Position numbers and translations under genes: made by a program. Of a stretch of 64,000 bases of DNA, positions 1 through 13,600 are shown piece by piece. The stretch's first letter is position 1. Every line of letters begins with the position of its first letter. This DNA is from Eledone cirrhosa (taxonomy: Eukaryota): positions 64,001 to 128,000 of the forward strand of contig CAXHJY010000889.1 of assembly GCA_964016885.1 (NCBI GenBank). Reading direction: 5' to 3'. The notes below the pieces were generated by a model. It was not told the origin of the DNA, did no database searches, and saw only the letters and a list, made by a program, of their open reading frames with translations.

Positions 1-3000
1 TAATTTTTTTTCGAAAACCTTATATGATCGATTTTTTTATACTTTTAGAAATATTTATATCCGATTTCAAATTTTGATTTTTTTAGGTTTTTCGAAAACC
101 TTATATAATCAATTTTTTTATACTTTTATATCTGATTTTTTTATACTTTTATATCTGATTTCAAATATTGATTTTTTTAGGTTTTTCGAAAACCTTATAT
201 AATTAATTTTTTTTAGTTTTTTCTAAAAAGAGTTCATAGTCGAAATATATACTTCCGCATTAATCTTTTTACGTCTTTCTGATTTTTTGCATGTTTCGAA
301 ATCTAAAAAAAACGTAACAAATTAATGCTTTTACAAATCTTTCGAAATATCTACTTTTTTCGAAAAACCTAAAAAAATCAGTTTTCGAAATCAGAAGTTA
401 ATACTTCGAAAAACACAATTTGAAAAACGCAATTTGAAAAACACATATTAATTTTTTTTCGAAAACTTTATATAATCAATTTTTTTATACTTTTAAAAAT
501 ATTTATATCTGATTTCAAATATTGATTTTTTTAGGTTTTTCGAAACCTTATATAATCAATTTTTTTTAGTTTTTTCGAAATATATACTTCTGCATTAATC
601 TTTTTACGTTATTCTGATGTTTTGCATATTTCGAAATCTAAAAAAAATGTAAAAATTTAATGCTTTTACAAATCTTTAGAAATATTTACTTTCTGGTTTC
701 AAATTTTGCAGATTAAATTTTTTTCGAAAAACCTAAAAAAATCATTTTTTGAAATGAGAAGTTAATATTTCGGAAAATGCAATTTGGAAAACGCATATTA
801 ATTTTTTTTCAAAAACCTTATATAATCGATTTTTTTATACTTTTAGAAATATTTATATCCGATTTCAAATATTGATTTTTTTAGGTTTTTCGAAAACCTT
901 ATATAATCAATTTTTTAATACTTTTATATCTGATTTTTTTATACTTTTATATCTGATTTCAAATATTGATTTTTTTTAGGTCTTTCGAAAACCTTATATA
1001 ATCAAATTTTTTTAGTTTTTTCGAAAAAGAGTTCATAGTCGAAATATATACTTCCGCATTAATCTTTTTACGTTTTTCTGATTTTTTGCATGTTTCGAAA
1101 TCTAAAAAAACCGTAAAAAATTAATGCTTTTACAAATCTTTAGAAATATTTACTTTCTGGTTTCAAATTTTGCAGATTAAATTTTTTTCGAAAAACCTAA
1201 AAAATCAGTTTTCGAAATCAGAAGTTAATATTTCGAAATATTGATTTTTTTTAGGTTTTTCGAAAACCTTATATAATTAATTTTTTTTAGGTTTTTCGAA
1301 AAAGAGTTCATATATACTTCTGCATTAATCTTTTTACGTTTTTCGGTTTTTTTGCATGTAAATCTAAAAAAAACGTAACAAATTAATGCTTTTACAAATC
1401 TTTCGAAATATCTACTTCCTGGTTTCAAATTTTGCAGATTAAACTTTTTTTGAAAAACCTAAAAAAATCAGTTTTGGAAATCAGAAGTTAATATTTCGAA
1501 AAACGCAATTTGAAAAACGCAATTTGAAAAACACATATTAATTTTTTTTCGAAAACTTTATATAATCAATTTTTTTATACTTTTAAAAATATTTATATCT
1601 GATTTCAAATATTGATTTTTTTAGGTTTTTCGGAACCTTATATAATCAATTTTTTTTAGGTTTTTCGAAATATATACTTCTGCATTAATCTTTTTACGTT
1701 ATTCTGATTTGCATATTTCGAAATCTAAAAAAAACGTAAAAAATTGATTTTACAAATAATCAATTTTTTTATACTTTTAGAAATATTTATATCTTATTTC
1801 AAATATTGATTTTTTAGGTTTTTCGAAAAAATTGATTATATAAATAATCAATTTTTTTTAGGTTTTTCGAAAAAAGAATGACTGTGAGTCATAGTCGAAA
1901 TATATACTTCTGTATTAATCTTTTTACGTTTTTCAGATTTTTTGCATGTTTCGAAATCTAAAAAAAACGTAAAAAATTAATGCTTTTACAAATCTTTAGA
2001 AATATTTACTTTCTGGTTTCAAATTTTGCAGATAAAATTTTTTTCGAAAAACCTAAAAAAATCAGTTTTCGAAATCAGAAGTTAATATTTCGGAAAATGC
2101 AATTTGGAAAACGCATATTAATTTTTTTTCGAAAACCTTATATAATCGATTTTTTTATACTTTTAGAAATATTTATATCCGATTTCAAATATTGATTTTT
2201 TTAGGTTTTTCGAAAACCTTATATAATCAATTTTTTTATACTTTTATATCTGATTTCAAATATTGATTTTTTTAGGTTTTTCGAAAACCTTATATAATCA
2301 ATTTTTTTTAGTTTTTTCGAAAAAGAGTTCATAGTCGAAATATATACTTCCGCATTAATCTTTTTACGTTTTTCTGATTTTTTGCATGTTTCGAAATCTA
2401 ACAAAAACGTAAAAAATTAATGCTTTTACAAATCTTTAGAAATATTTACTTTCTGGTTTCAAATTTTGCAGATTAAATTTTTTTCGAAAAACCTAAAAAA
2501 TCAGTTTTCGAAATCAGAAGTTAATATTTCGAAATATTGATTTTTTTTAGGTTTTTCGAAAACCTTATATAATTAATTTTTTTTATGTTTTTCGAAAAAG
2601 AGTTCATATATACTTCTGCATTAATCTTTTTACGTTTTTCGGTTGTTTTGCATGTAAATCTAAAAAAAACGTAACAAATTAATGCTTTTACAAATCTTTC
2701 GAAATATCTACTTCCTGGTTTCAAATTTTGCAGATTAAACTTTTTTCGAAAAACCTAAAAAAATCAGTTTTCGAAATCAGAAGTTAATACTTCGAAAAAC
2801 GCAATTTGAAAAACGCAATTTGAAAAACACATATTAATTTTTTTTCGAAAACTTTATATAATCAATTTTTTTATACTTTTAAAAATATTTATATCTGATT
2901 TCAAATATTGATTTTTTTAGGTTTTTCGGAACCTTATATAATCAATTTTTTTTAGGTTTTTCGAAATATATACTTCTGCATTAATCTTTTTACGTTATTC

Positions 3001-6000
3001 TGATTTTTTGCATATTTCGAAATCTAAAAAAAACGTAAAAATTTAATGCTTTTACAAATCTTTCGAAATATTTACTTTCTGGTTTCAAATTTTGTAGATT
3101 AAATTTTTTTCGAAAAACCTAAAAAAATCAGTTTTCGAAATCAGAAGTTAATATTTAGAAAAAAGCAATTTGGAAAACGCATATTAATTTTTTTTCGAAA
3201 ACCTTATATAATCGATTTTTTTATACTTTTAGAAATATTTATATCCGATTTCAAATATTGATTTTTTTAGGTTTTTCGAAAACCTTATATAATCAATTTT
3301 TTTATACTTTTATATCTGATTTCAAATATTGATTTTTTTAGGTTTTTCGAAAACCTTATATAATCAATTTTTTTTAGTTTTTTCTAAAAAGAGTTCATAG
3401 TCGAAATATATACTTCCGCATTAATCTTTTTACGTTTTTCTGATTTTTTGCATGTTTCGAAATCTAACAAAAACGTAAAAAATTAATGCTTTTACAAATC
3501 TTTAGAAATATTTACTTTCTGGTTTCAAATTTTGCAGATTAAATTTTTTTCGAAAAACCAAAAAAATCAGTTTCGAAATCAGAAGTTAATATTTCGAAAT
3601 ATTGATTTTTTTTAGGTTTTTCGAAAAAGAGTTCATATATACTTCTGCATTAATCTTTTTACGTTTTTCGGTTTTTTTGCATGTAAATCTAAAAAAAACG
3701 TAACAAATTAATACTTTTACAAATCTTTCGAAATATCTACTTCCTGGTTTCAAATTTTGCAGATTAAACTCTTTTCGAAAAACCTAAAAAAATCAGTTTT
3801 CGAAATCAGAAGTTAATACTTCGAAAAACACAATTTGAAAAACGCAATTTGAAAAACACATATTAATTTTTTTTCGAAAACTTTATATAATCAATTTTTT
3901 TATACTTTTAAAAATATTTATATCTGATTTCAAATATTGATTTTTTTAGGTTTTTCGAAACCTTATATAATCAATTTTTTTTAGTTTTTTCGAAATATAT
4001 ACTTCTGCATTAATCTTTTTACGTTATTCTGATGTTTTGCATATTTCGAAATCTAAAAAAAATGTAAAAATTTAATGCTTTTACAAATCTTTAGAAATAT
4101 TTACTTTCTGGTTTCAAATTTTGCAGATTAAATTTTTTTCGAAAAACCTAAAAAAATCATTTTTTGAAATGAGAAGTTAATATTTCGGAAAATGCAATTC
4201 GGAAAACGCATATTAATTTTTTTTCGAAAACCTTATATAATCGATTTTTTTATACTTTTAGAAATATTTATATCCGATTTCAAATATTGATTTTTTTAGG
4301 TTTTTCGAAAACCTTATATAATCAATTTTTTAATACTTTTATATCTGATTTTTTTATACTTTTATATCTGATTTCAAATATTGATTTTTTTAGGTCTTTC
4401 GAAAACCTTATATAATCAAATTTTTTTAGTTTTTTCGAAAAAGAGTTCATAGTCGAAATATATACTTCCGCATTAATCTTTTTACGTTTTTCTGATTTTT
4501 TGCATGTTTCGAAATCTAAAAAAACCGTAAAAAATTAATGCTTTTACAAATCTTTAGAAATATTTACTTTCTGGTTTCAAATTTTGCAGATTAAATTTTT
4601 TTCGAAAAACCTAAAAAATCAGTTTTCGAAATCAGAAGTTAATATTTCGAAATATTGATTTTTTTTAGGTTTTTCGAAAACCTTATATAATTAATTTTTT
4701 TTAGGTTTTTCGAAAAAGAGTTCATATATACTTCTGCATTAATCTTTTTACGTTTTTCGGTTTTTTTGCATGTAAATCTAAAAAAAACGTAACAAATTAA
4801 TGCTTTTACAAATCTTTCGAAATATCTACTTCCTGGTTTCAAATTTTGCAGATTAAACTTTTTTCGAAAAACCTAAAAAAATCAGTTTTGGAAATCAGAA
4901 GTTAATATTTCGAAAAACGCAATTTGAAAAACGCAATTTGAAAAACACATATTAATTTTTTTTCGAAAACTTTATATAATCAATTTTTTTATACTTTTAA
5001 AAATATTTATATCTGATTTCAAATATTGATTTTTTTAGGTTTTTCGGAACCTTATATAATCAATTTTTTTTAGGTTTTTCGAAATATATACTTCTGCATT
5101 AATCTTTTTACGTTATTCTGATTTGCATATTTCGAAATCTAAAAAAAACGTAAAAAATTGATTTTACAAATAATCAATTTTTTTATACTTTTAGAAATAT
5201 TTATATCTTATTTCAAATATTGATTTTTTAGGTTTTTCGAAAAAATTGATTATATAAATAATCAATTTTTCTTAGGTTTTTCGAAAAAAGAATGACTGAG
5301 TCATAGTCGAAATATATACTTCTGTATTAATCTTTTTACGTTTTTCAGATTTTTTGCATGTTTCGAAATCTAAAAAAAACGTAAAAAATTAATGCTTTTA
5401 CAAATCTTTAGAAATATTTACTTTCTGGTTTCAAATTTTGCAGATTAAATTTTTTTCGAAAAACCTAAAAAAATCAGTTTTCGAAATCAGAAGTTAATAT
5501 TTCGGAAAATGCAATTTGGAAAACGCATATTAATTTTTTTTCGAAAACCTTATATAATCGATTTTTTTATACTTTTAGAAATATTTATATCCGATTTCAA
5601 ATATTGATTTTTTTAGGTTTTTCGAAAACCTTATATAATCAATTTTTTTATACTTTTATATCTGATTTCAAATATTGATTTTTTTAGGTTTTTCGAAAAC
5701 CTTATATAATCAATTTTTTTTAGTTTTTTCGAAAAAGAGTTCATAGTCAAAATATATACTTCCGCATTAATCTTTTTACGTTTTTCTGATTTTTTGCATG
5801 TTTCGAAATCTAACAATAACGTAAAAAATTAATGCTTTTACAAATCTTTAGAAATATTTACTTTCTGGTTTCAAATTTTGCAGATTAAATTTTTTTCGAA
5901 AAACCTAAAAAATCAGTTTTCGAAATCAGAAGTTAATATTTCGAAATATTGATTTTTTTTAGGTTTTTCGAAAACCTTATATAATTAATTTTTTTTATGT

Positions 6001-9000
6001 TTTTCGAAAAAGAGTTCATATATACTTCTGCATTAATCTTTTTACGTTTTTCGGTTTTTTTGCATGTAAATCTAAAAAAAACGTAACAAATTAATGCTTT
6101 TACAAATCTTTCGAAATATCTACTTCCTGGTTTCAAATTTTGCAGATTAAACTTTTTTCGAAAAACCTAAAAAAATCAGTTTTCGAAATCAGAAGTTAAT
6201 ACTTCGAAAAACGCAATTTGAAAAACGCAATTTGAAAAACACATAATTTTTTTTCGAAAACTTTATATAATCAATTTTTTTATACTTTTAAAAATATTTA
6301 TATCTGATTTCAAATATTGATTTTTTTAGGTTTTTCGGAACCTTATATAATCAATTTTTTTTAGGTGTTTCGAAATATATACTTCTGCATTAATCTTTTT
6401 ACGTTATTCTGATTTTTTGCATATATCGAAATCTAAAAAAAACGTAAAAATTTAATGCTTTTACAAATCTTTCGAAATATTTACTTTCTGGTTTCAAATT
6501 TTGCAGATTAAATTTTTTTCGAAAAACCTAAAAAAATCAGTTTTCGAAATCAGAAGTTAATATTTCGGAAAATGCAATTTGGAAAACGCATATTAATTTT
6601 TTTTCGAAAACCTTATATAATCGATTTTTTTATACTTTTAGAAATATTTATATCCGATTTCAAATATTGATTTTTTTAGGTTTTTCGAAAACCTTATATA
6701 ATCAATTTTTTTATACTTTTATATCTGATTTTTTTATACTTTTATATCTGATTTCAAATATTGATTTTTTTAGGTTTTTCGAAAACCTTATATAATTAAT
6801 TTTTTTTAGTTTTTTCTAAAAAGAGTTCATAGTCGAAATATATACTTCCGCATTAATCTTTTTACGTCTTTCTGATTTTTTGCATGTTTCGAAATCTAAA
6901 AAAAACGTAACAAATTAATGCTTTTACAAATCTTTCGAAATATCTACTTTCTGGTTTCAAATTTTGCAGATTAAATTTTTTTCGAAAAACCTAAAAAAAT
7001 CATTTTTTGAAATGAGAAGTTAATATTTCGGAAAATGCAATTTGGAAAACGCATATTAATTTTTTTTCAAAAACCTTATATAATCGATTTTTTTATACTT
7101 TTAGAAATATTTATATCCGATTTCAAATATTGATTTTTTTAGGTTTTTCGAAAACCTTATATAATCAATTTTTTAATACTTTTATATCTGATTTTTTTAT
7201 ACTTTTATATCTGATTTCAAATATTGATTTTTTTTAGGTCTTTCGAAAACCTTATATAATCAAATTTTTTTAGTTTTTTCGAAAAAGAGTTCATAGTCGA
7301 AATATATACTTCCGCATTAATCTTTTTACGTTTTTCTGATTTTTTGCATGTTTCGAAATCTAAAAAAACCGTAAAAAATTAATGCTTTTACAAATCTTTA
7401 GAAATATTTACTTTCTGGTTTCAAATTTTGCAGATTAAATTTTTTTCGAAAAACCTAAAAAATCAGTTTTCGAAATCAGAAGTTAATATTTCGAAATATT
7501 GATTTTTTTTAGGTTTTTCGAAAACCTTATATAATTAATTTTTTTTAGGTTTTTCGAAAAAGAGTTCATATATACTTCTGCATTAATCTTTTTACGTTTT
7601 TCGGTTTTTTTGCATGTAAATCTAAAAAAAACGTAACAAATTAATGCTTTTACAAATCTTTCGAAATATCTACTTCCTGGTTTCAAATTTTGCAGATTAA
7701 ACTTTTTTCGAAAAACCTAAAAAAATCAGTTTTGGAAATCAGAAGTTAATATTTCGAAAAACGCAATTTGAAAAACGCAATTTGAAAAACACATATTAAT
7801 TTTTTTTCGAAAACTTTATATAATCAATTTTTTTATACTTTTAAAAATATTTATATCTGATTTCAAATATTGATTTTTTTAGGTTTTTCGGAACCTTATA
7901 TAATCAATTTTTTTTAGGTTTTTCGAAATATATACTTCTGCATTAATCTTTTTACGTTATTCTGATTTGCATATTTCGAAATCTAAAAAAAACGTAAAAA
8001 ATTGATTTTACAAATAATCAATTTTTTTATACTTTTAGAAATATTTATATCTTATTTCAAATATTGATTTTTTAGGTTTTTCGAAAAAATTGATTATATA
8101 AATAATCAATTTTTTTTAGGTTTTTCGAAAAAAGAATGACTGTGAGTCATAGTCGAAATATATACTTCTGTATTAATCTTTTTACGTTTTTCAGATTTTT
8201 TGCATGTTTCGAAATCTAAAAAAAACGTAAAAAATTAATGCTTTTACAAATCTTTAGAAATATTTACTTTCTGGTTTCAAATTTTGCAGATAAAATTTTT
8301 TTCGAAAAACCTAAAAAAATCAGTTTTCGAAATCAGAAGTTAATATTTCGGAAAATGCAATTTGGAAAACGCATATTAATTTTTTTTCGAAAACCTTATA
8401 TAATCGATTTTTTTATACTTTTAGAAATATTTATATCCGATTTCAAATATTGATTTTTTTAGGTTTTTCGAAAACCTTATATAATCAATTTTTTTATACT
8501 TTTATATCTGATTTCAAATATTGATTTTTTTAGGTTTTTCGAAAACCTTATATAATCAATTTTTTTTAGTTTTTTCGAAAAAGAGTTCATAGTCGAAATA
8601 TATACTTCCGCATTAATCTTTTTACGTTTTTCTGATTTTTTGCATGTTTCGAAATCTAACAAAAACGTAAAAAATTAATGCTTTTACAAATCTTTAGAAA
8701 TATTTACTTTCTGGTTTCAAATTTTGCAGATTAAATTTTTTTCAAAAAACCTAAAAAATCAGTTTTCGAAATCAGAAGTTAATATTTCGAAATATTGATT
8801 TTTTTTAGGTTTTTCGAAAACCTTATATAATTAATTTTTTTTATGTTTTTCGAAAAAGAGTTCATATATACTTCTGCATTAATATTTTTACGTTTTTCGG
8901 TTGTTTTGCATGTAAATCTAAAAAAAACGTAACAAATTAATGCTTTTACAAATCTTTCGAAATATCTACTTCCTGGTTTCAAATTTTGCAGATTAAACTT

Positions 9001-10625
9001 TTTTCGAAAAACCTAAAAAAATCAGTTTTCGAAATCAGAAGTTAATACTTCGAAAAACGCAATTTGAAAAACGCAATTTGAAAAACACATATTAATTTTT
9101 TTTCGAAAACTTTATATAATCAATTTTTTTATACTTTTAAAAATATTTATATCTGATTTCAAATATTGATTTTTTTAGGTTTTTCGGAACCTTATATAAT
9201 CAATTTTTTTTAGGTTTTTCGAAATATATACTTCTGCATTAATCTTTTTACGTTATTCTGATTTTTTGCATATTTCGAAATCTAAAAAAAACGTAAAAAT
9301 TTAATGCTTTTACAAATCTTTCGAAATATTTACTTTCTGGTTTCAAATTTTGTAGATTAAATTTTTTTCGAAAAACCTAAAAAAATCAGTTTTCGAAATC
9401 AGAAGTTAATATTTAGAAAAAAGCAATTTGGAAAACGCATATTAATTTTTTTTCGAAAACCTTATATAATCGATTTTTTTATACTTTTAGAAATATTTAT
9501 ATCCGATTTCAAATATTGATTTTTTTAGGTTTTTCGAAAACCTTATATAATCAATTTTTTTATACTTTTATATCTGATTTCAAATATTGATTTTTTTAGG
9601 TTTTTCGAAAACCTTATATAATCAATTTTTTTTAGTTTTTTCTAAAAAGAGTTCATAGTCGAAATATATACTTCCGCATTAATCTTTTTACGTTTTTCTG
9701 ATTTTTTGCATGTTTCGAAATCTAACAAAAACGTAAAAAATTAATGCTTTTACAAATCTTTAGAAATATTTACTTTCTGGTTTCAAATTTTGCAGATTAA
9801 ATTTTTTTCGAAAAACCAAAAAAATCAGTTTCGAAATCAGAAGTTAATATTTCGAAATATTGATTTTTTTTAGGTTTTTCGAAAAAGAGTTCATATATAC
9901 TTCTGCATTAATCTTTTTACGTTTTTCGGTTTTTTTGCATGTAAATCTAAAAAAAACGTAACAAATTAATACTTTTACAAATCTTTCGAAATATCTACTT
10001 CCAGGTTTCAAATTTTGCAGATTAAACTTTTTTCGAAAAACCTAAAAAAATCAGTTTTCGAAATCAGAAGTTAATACTTCGAAAAACGCAATTTGAAAAA
10101 CGCAATTTGAAAAACACATTAATTTTTTTTCGAAAACTTTATATCAATTTTTTTATACTTTTAAAAATATTTATATCTGATTTCAAATATTGATTTTTTT
10201 AGGTTTTTCGAAATATATACTTCTGCATTAATCTTTTTACGTTATTCTGATTTTTTGCATATTTCGAAATCTAAAAAAAACGTAAAAATTTAATGCTTTT
10301 ACAAATCTTTCGAAATATTTACTTTCTGGTTTCAAATTTTGCAGATTAAATTTTTTTCGAAAAACCTAAAAAAATCAGTTTTCGAAATTAGAAGTTAATA
10401 TTTTGGAAAATGCAATTTGGAAAACGCATATTAATTTTTTTTCGAAAACCTTATATAATCGATTTTTTTATACTTTTAGAAATATTTATATCTGATTTCA
10501 AATATTGATTTTTTTATAAAAATCAGTTTTTGAATTCAGAAGTTAATATTTCGAAAAACGCAAATCAATTTGTTTATACTTTTAGAAATATTTATAACTG
10601 ATTTCAAATATTGATTTTTTTTAGG
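1..10625. repeat. AT-rich satellite A, block A1 (rearranged ~200-400-bp monomers in higher-order units)
   Basis: Continuous recurrence of motifs such as tgatttttttaggtttttcgaaaaccttatataatcaa, cattaatctttttacg and ctggtttcaaattttgcagattaaa. Near-identical spurious ORFs recur at offsets of 3412-3414 and 6258 bp. The block continues off the left edge. Confidence 0.97.
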
Positions 10626-13600
10626 TTTAAGTCTAAGGCTTGATGTTGGGGTTTAAGTCTATGTCTAAGGGTTGGGGTTGGGGTTTAAGTCTAAGTCTAA
10701 AGCTTGTATTTGTGGTTCAAGTCTAAGTCTAAGGCTTGAGTTTGGGGTTTATGTGTAAGTCTAAGTTTAAGGTTACGTCTAAGGCTAGGGGTTGGGGTTT
10801 AAATCTAAGTCTGAGGCTTGGGTTTGGGGTTTAAATGTAAGCTTTGGGTTGGGGTTAACGTCTAAGTCTAAGGCTTGTGGTTAGGGTTTAAGTCTAAGTT
10901 TAGGGGTTGGTGTTTAAGTTTACGTCTAAGGCTAGGGGTTGGGGTTAAGTCTAAGTCTAAGCGTTGCGCTATAAGTCTAAGTCTGAGGCTTGAGGTTGGG
11001 GTTTAAGTCTAAGTCTAAGGCTTTGGGTTGGGGTTTAAGCCTAAGTCGAAGACTTGGCTTTTGGGTTTAAGTCTAAGGCTTGTGTTTATGGTTTAATTCT
11101 TGGGTTTGGGGTTTAAGTGTAAATCTAAGGCTAATGAGTTGGTGTTTAAGTGTAAGTCTAATGCTAGTGGTTGGGGTTTAAGTCTAACTTGGGGTTGGGG
11201 TTCAACTCTGAGGCTAAAGCTTGGGGTTGGGGTTTAAGTCTATGTCTAAGGCTTGGTTTGGGTTTAAGTTTATTTACGATTAAGACATGTTGTTAGGGTT
11301 TAATTGTAAGGCTTGCTGTTGTGGTTTAAGTCTATGTATAAAGCTTTGGGTTAGGGTTTAATTCTAATTCTAAGGCTTTGGTTTGGGGTTAATGTCTACG
11401 TCTAAGGCTTGAGGTTGGGGTTTAAGTCTAAGCCTAAGTTTTAGAGTTGGGGTTTAAGTCTAAGTTTAAGGGTTGGGTTTAAATCTAAATCCTGGAGTTG
11501 GGCTTTAAGTCTAAGTCTAAGGCTTGGGGTTGGGGTGTAATTCTGAGTCTAAGGCTGAGGGTTGACGTTTAATTCTAAGTCTAAGCCTTGGAGTTGGGGT
11601 TTAAGTCTAAGGCTTTTAGTTGGACTTTCAGTCTAAGTCTAAGTCTTGGGTTTGAGGTTTAAGTCTAAGTCTAATGCTTTGGGTTGAGGTTTAAGTCTAA
11701 GTCTAAGACTTGGGGTTGGGGTTTAAGTCTAAGTCTAAGTCTTGGGGTTTGAGTTTAAATCTAAGCTTGGAGCTGCGGTTGAAGTCTAAGTCTAAGTCAT
11801 GTGGTTGGGGTTTAAATATATGTCTATGGCTTGTTGTTTATGTCTAAGTCTAAGACTTTGGGTTGTGGTTTAAGTCAAAGGTTTGGGGTTGGGGTTTAAG
11901 TTTAAGTCTAAGGCTAGGAGTTGGTGTTTAAGTCTAACACTAAGGCTTAGGGTTGGGGTTTATGTCTAAGCCTTGTGGTTATGGTTTAATTCAAAAGCTT
12001 GGAGTTGGGGTTTAAGCCTAAGTCTAAAGCTTGGGGTTGGGGTTTAAGCCTAAGGCTTCGGGTTAAGGTCTAAGTGCAAGACTTGGTGTTAGGGTTTAAA
12101 TCTAAGTCTAATGCTAGTGGTTGGGTTTTAAGTCTAAGGCTTGGGCTTGTGATTTAAGTCTAAGGCTAAGGCTTGGGGTTTGGGTTTAAGTCTATCTCTA
12201 AGGCTTGGTGTTGGGGATTAAATCTATGTCTAAGGCTTTGGGTTGTGATTTAAGTCTAAGTCTAAGGCCTGGGGTTGAGGTTTAAATCTAAGTCTAAGGC
12301 TTGGGGTTGGTGTTTAATGTAAAGTCTAAGGCTAGTAGTTGGGTCTCAAGTCTAAGTCTAAGCCTTGGGGTTGACGTTAAAATCTAAGTCTAAGGCTTGA
12401 GGTTGGCGTTTAAGTCTACGTCTAAGGCTTGAGGTTGGGGCTTAAATCTATGTCTATGGCTTGGGGTTTAAGTCTAAATCTAAGGCTTATGTTTGGGGTA
12501 AGTTTTAAGTCTAAGGCTTGGGATTGGGATTTAAGTTTAAATCTAAGGCTTGGGGTTAGGGTTTAAGTTTAAGTCTATAGCTTCGGTATGGGGTTTAAGT
12601 TTAATTCTAAGGCTTTTGGTAGAGGTTTAAGTCTGCGACTAAGGCTTGGGGTTGGTCTCTAAGTCTAAGGCTTGGGGTTGGGGTTTAAGTCTAAGTCTTA
12701 TGCTTGTGGTTGGGTTTCAAATCTAAGTCCAACATTTGCGCTTGATCTTCAAGTCTAACTCTAAGGCTTGGGATTGGGGTGTAAGTCTAAGTCAAAGGCT
12801 TGTGGTTGGGGTTTAAATCTATCTCTAAGGCTTGGGGTTAAAGTCTAAGTCTACAGCTTAATATTGGCGAGTAAGTCTAAGTCTAAGGATTGGTGTTGGG
12901 GATTATATCTATGACTAAGGCTTTGGTTGTGTTTTAAGTCTATGTCTAAGGCCTGGGGCTGGTATTTAAATCTAAGTCTAAGGATTGGGGGTCGAGGTTT
13001 AAGACTAAATTTAAGGCTGGGGGTTGGGGTTTAATGTTAAGTCAAAGGCTAGGAGTTGGTATTTAAGTCAAAGTCTAAGGCTTGGGGATGGGGTTTGTGT
13101 CTAAGGCTTGTGGTTATAGTTTAATTCTGAGGCTTGGAGCTGGGGTTTAACTCTAAGTCTAAGTCTTGAGGTTGGGGTTTAAATCTATGTCTATGGCGTG
13201 GAGTTTAAGTCTAAGTCTAATGCTAGTGGTTGGGTTTTAAGTCTAAGTCTTAGGCTTGGGGTTGGGGTTCAAGTCTAAGTCTAAGGCTTAAGGTTGGGGT
13301 TAAGTCTAAGTCTAAGACTTGGGGTTGGGGTTTAAGTCTAAGTTTAAGGCTTGGAGCTGGGGTTTAACTCTAAGTCTAAGTCTTGAGGTTGGGGTTTAAA
13401 TCTATGTCTATGGCGTGGAGTTTAAGTCTAAGTCTAATGCTAGTGGTTGGGTTTTAAGTCTAAGTCTTAGGCTTGGGGTTCAAGTCTAAGTCTAAGGCTT
13501 AAGGTTGGGGTTAAGTCTAAGTCAAAAGGTTGGGGTTTAAGTCTAAGGCTTGGGGTTAGGGTTTATGTCTAAGGCTTGGTGTTGGGGGTTTAAGTCTAAG

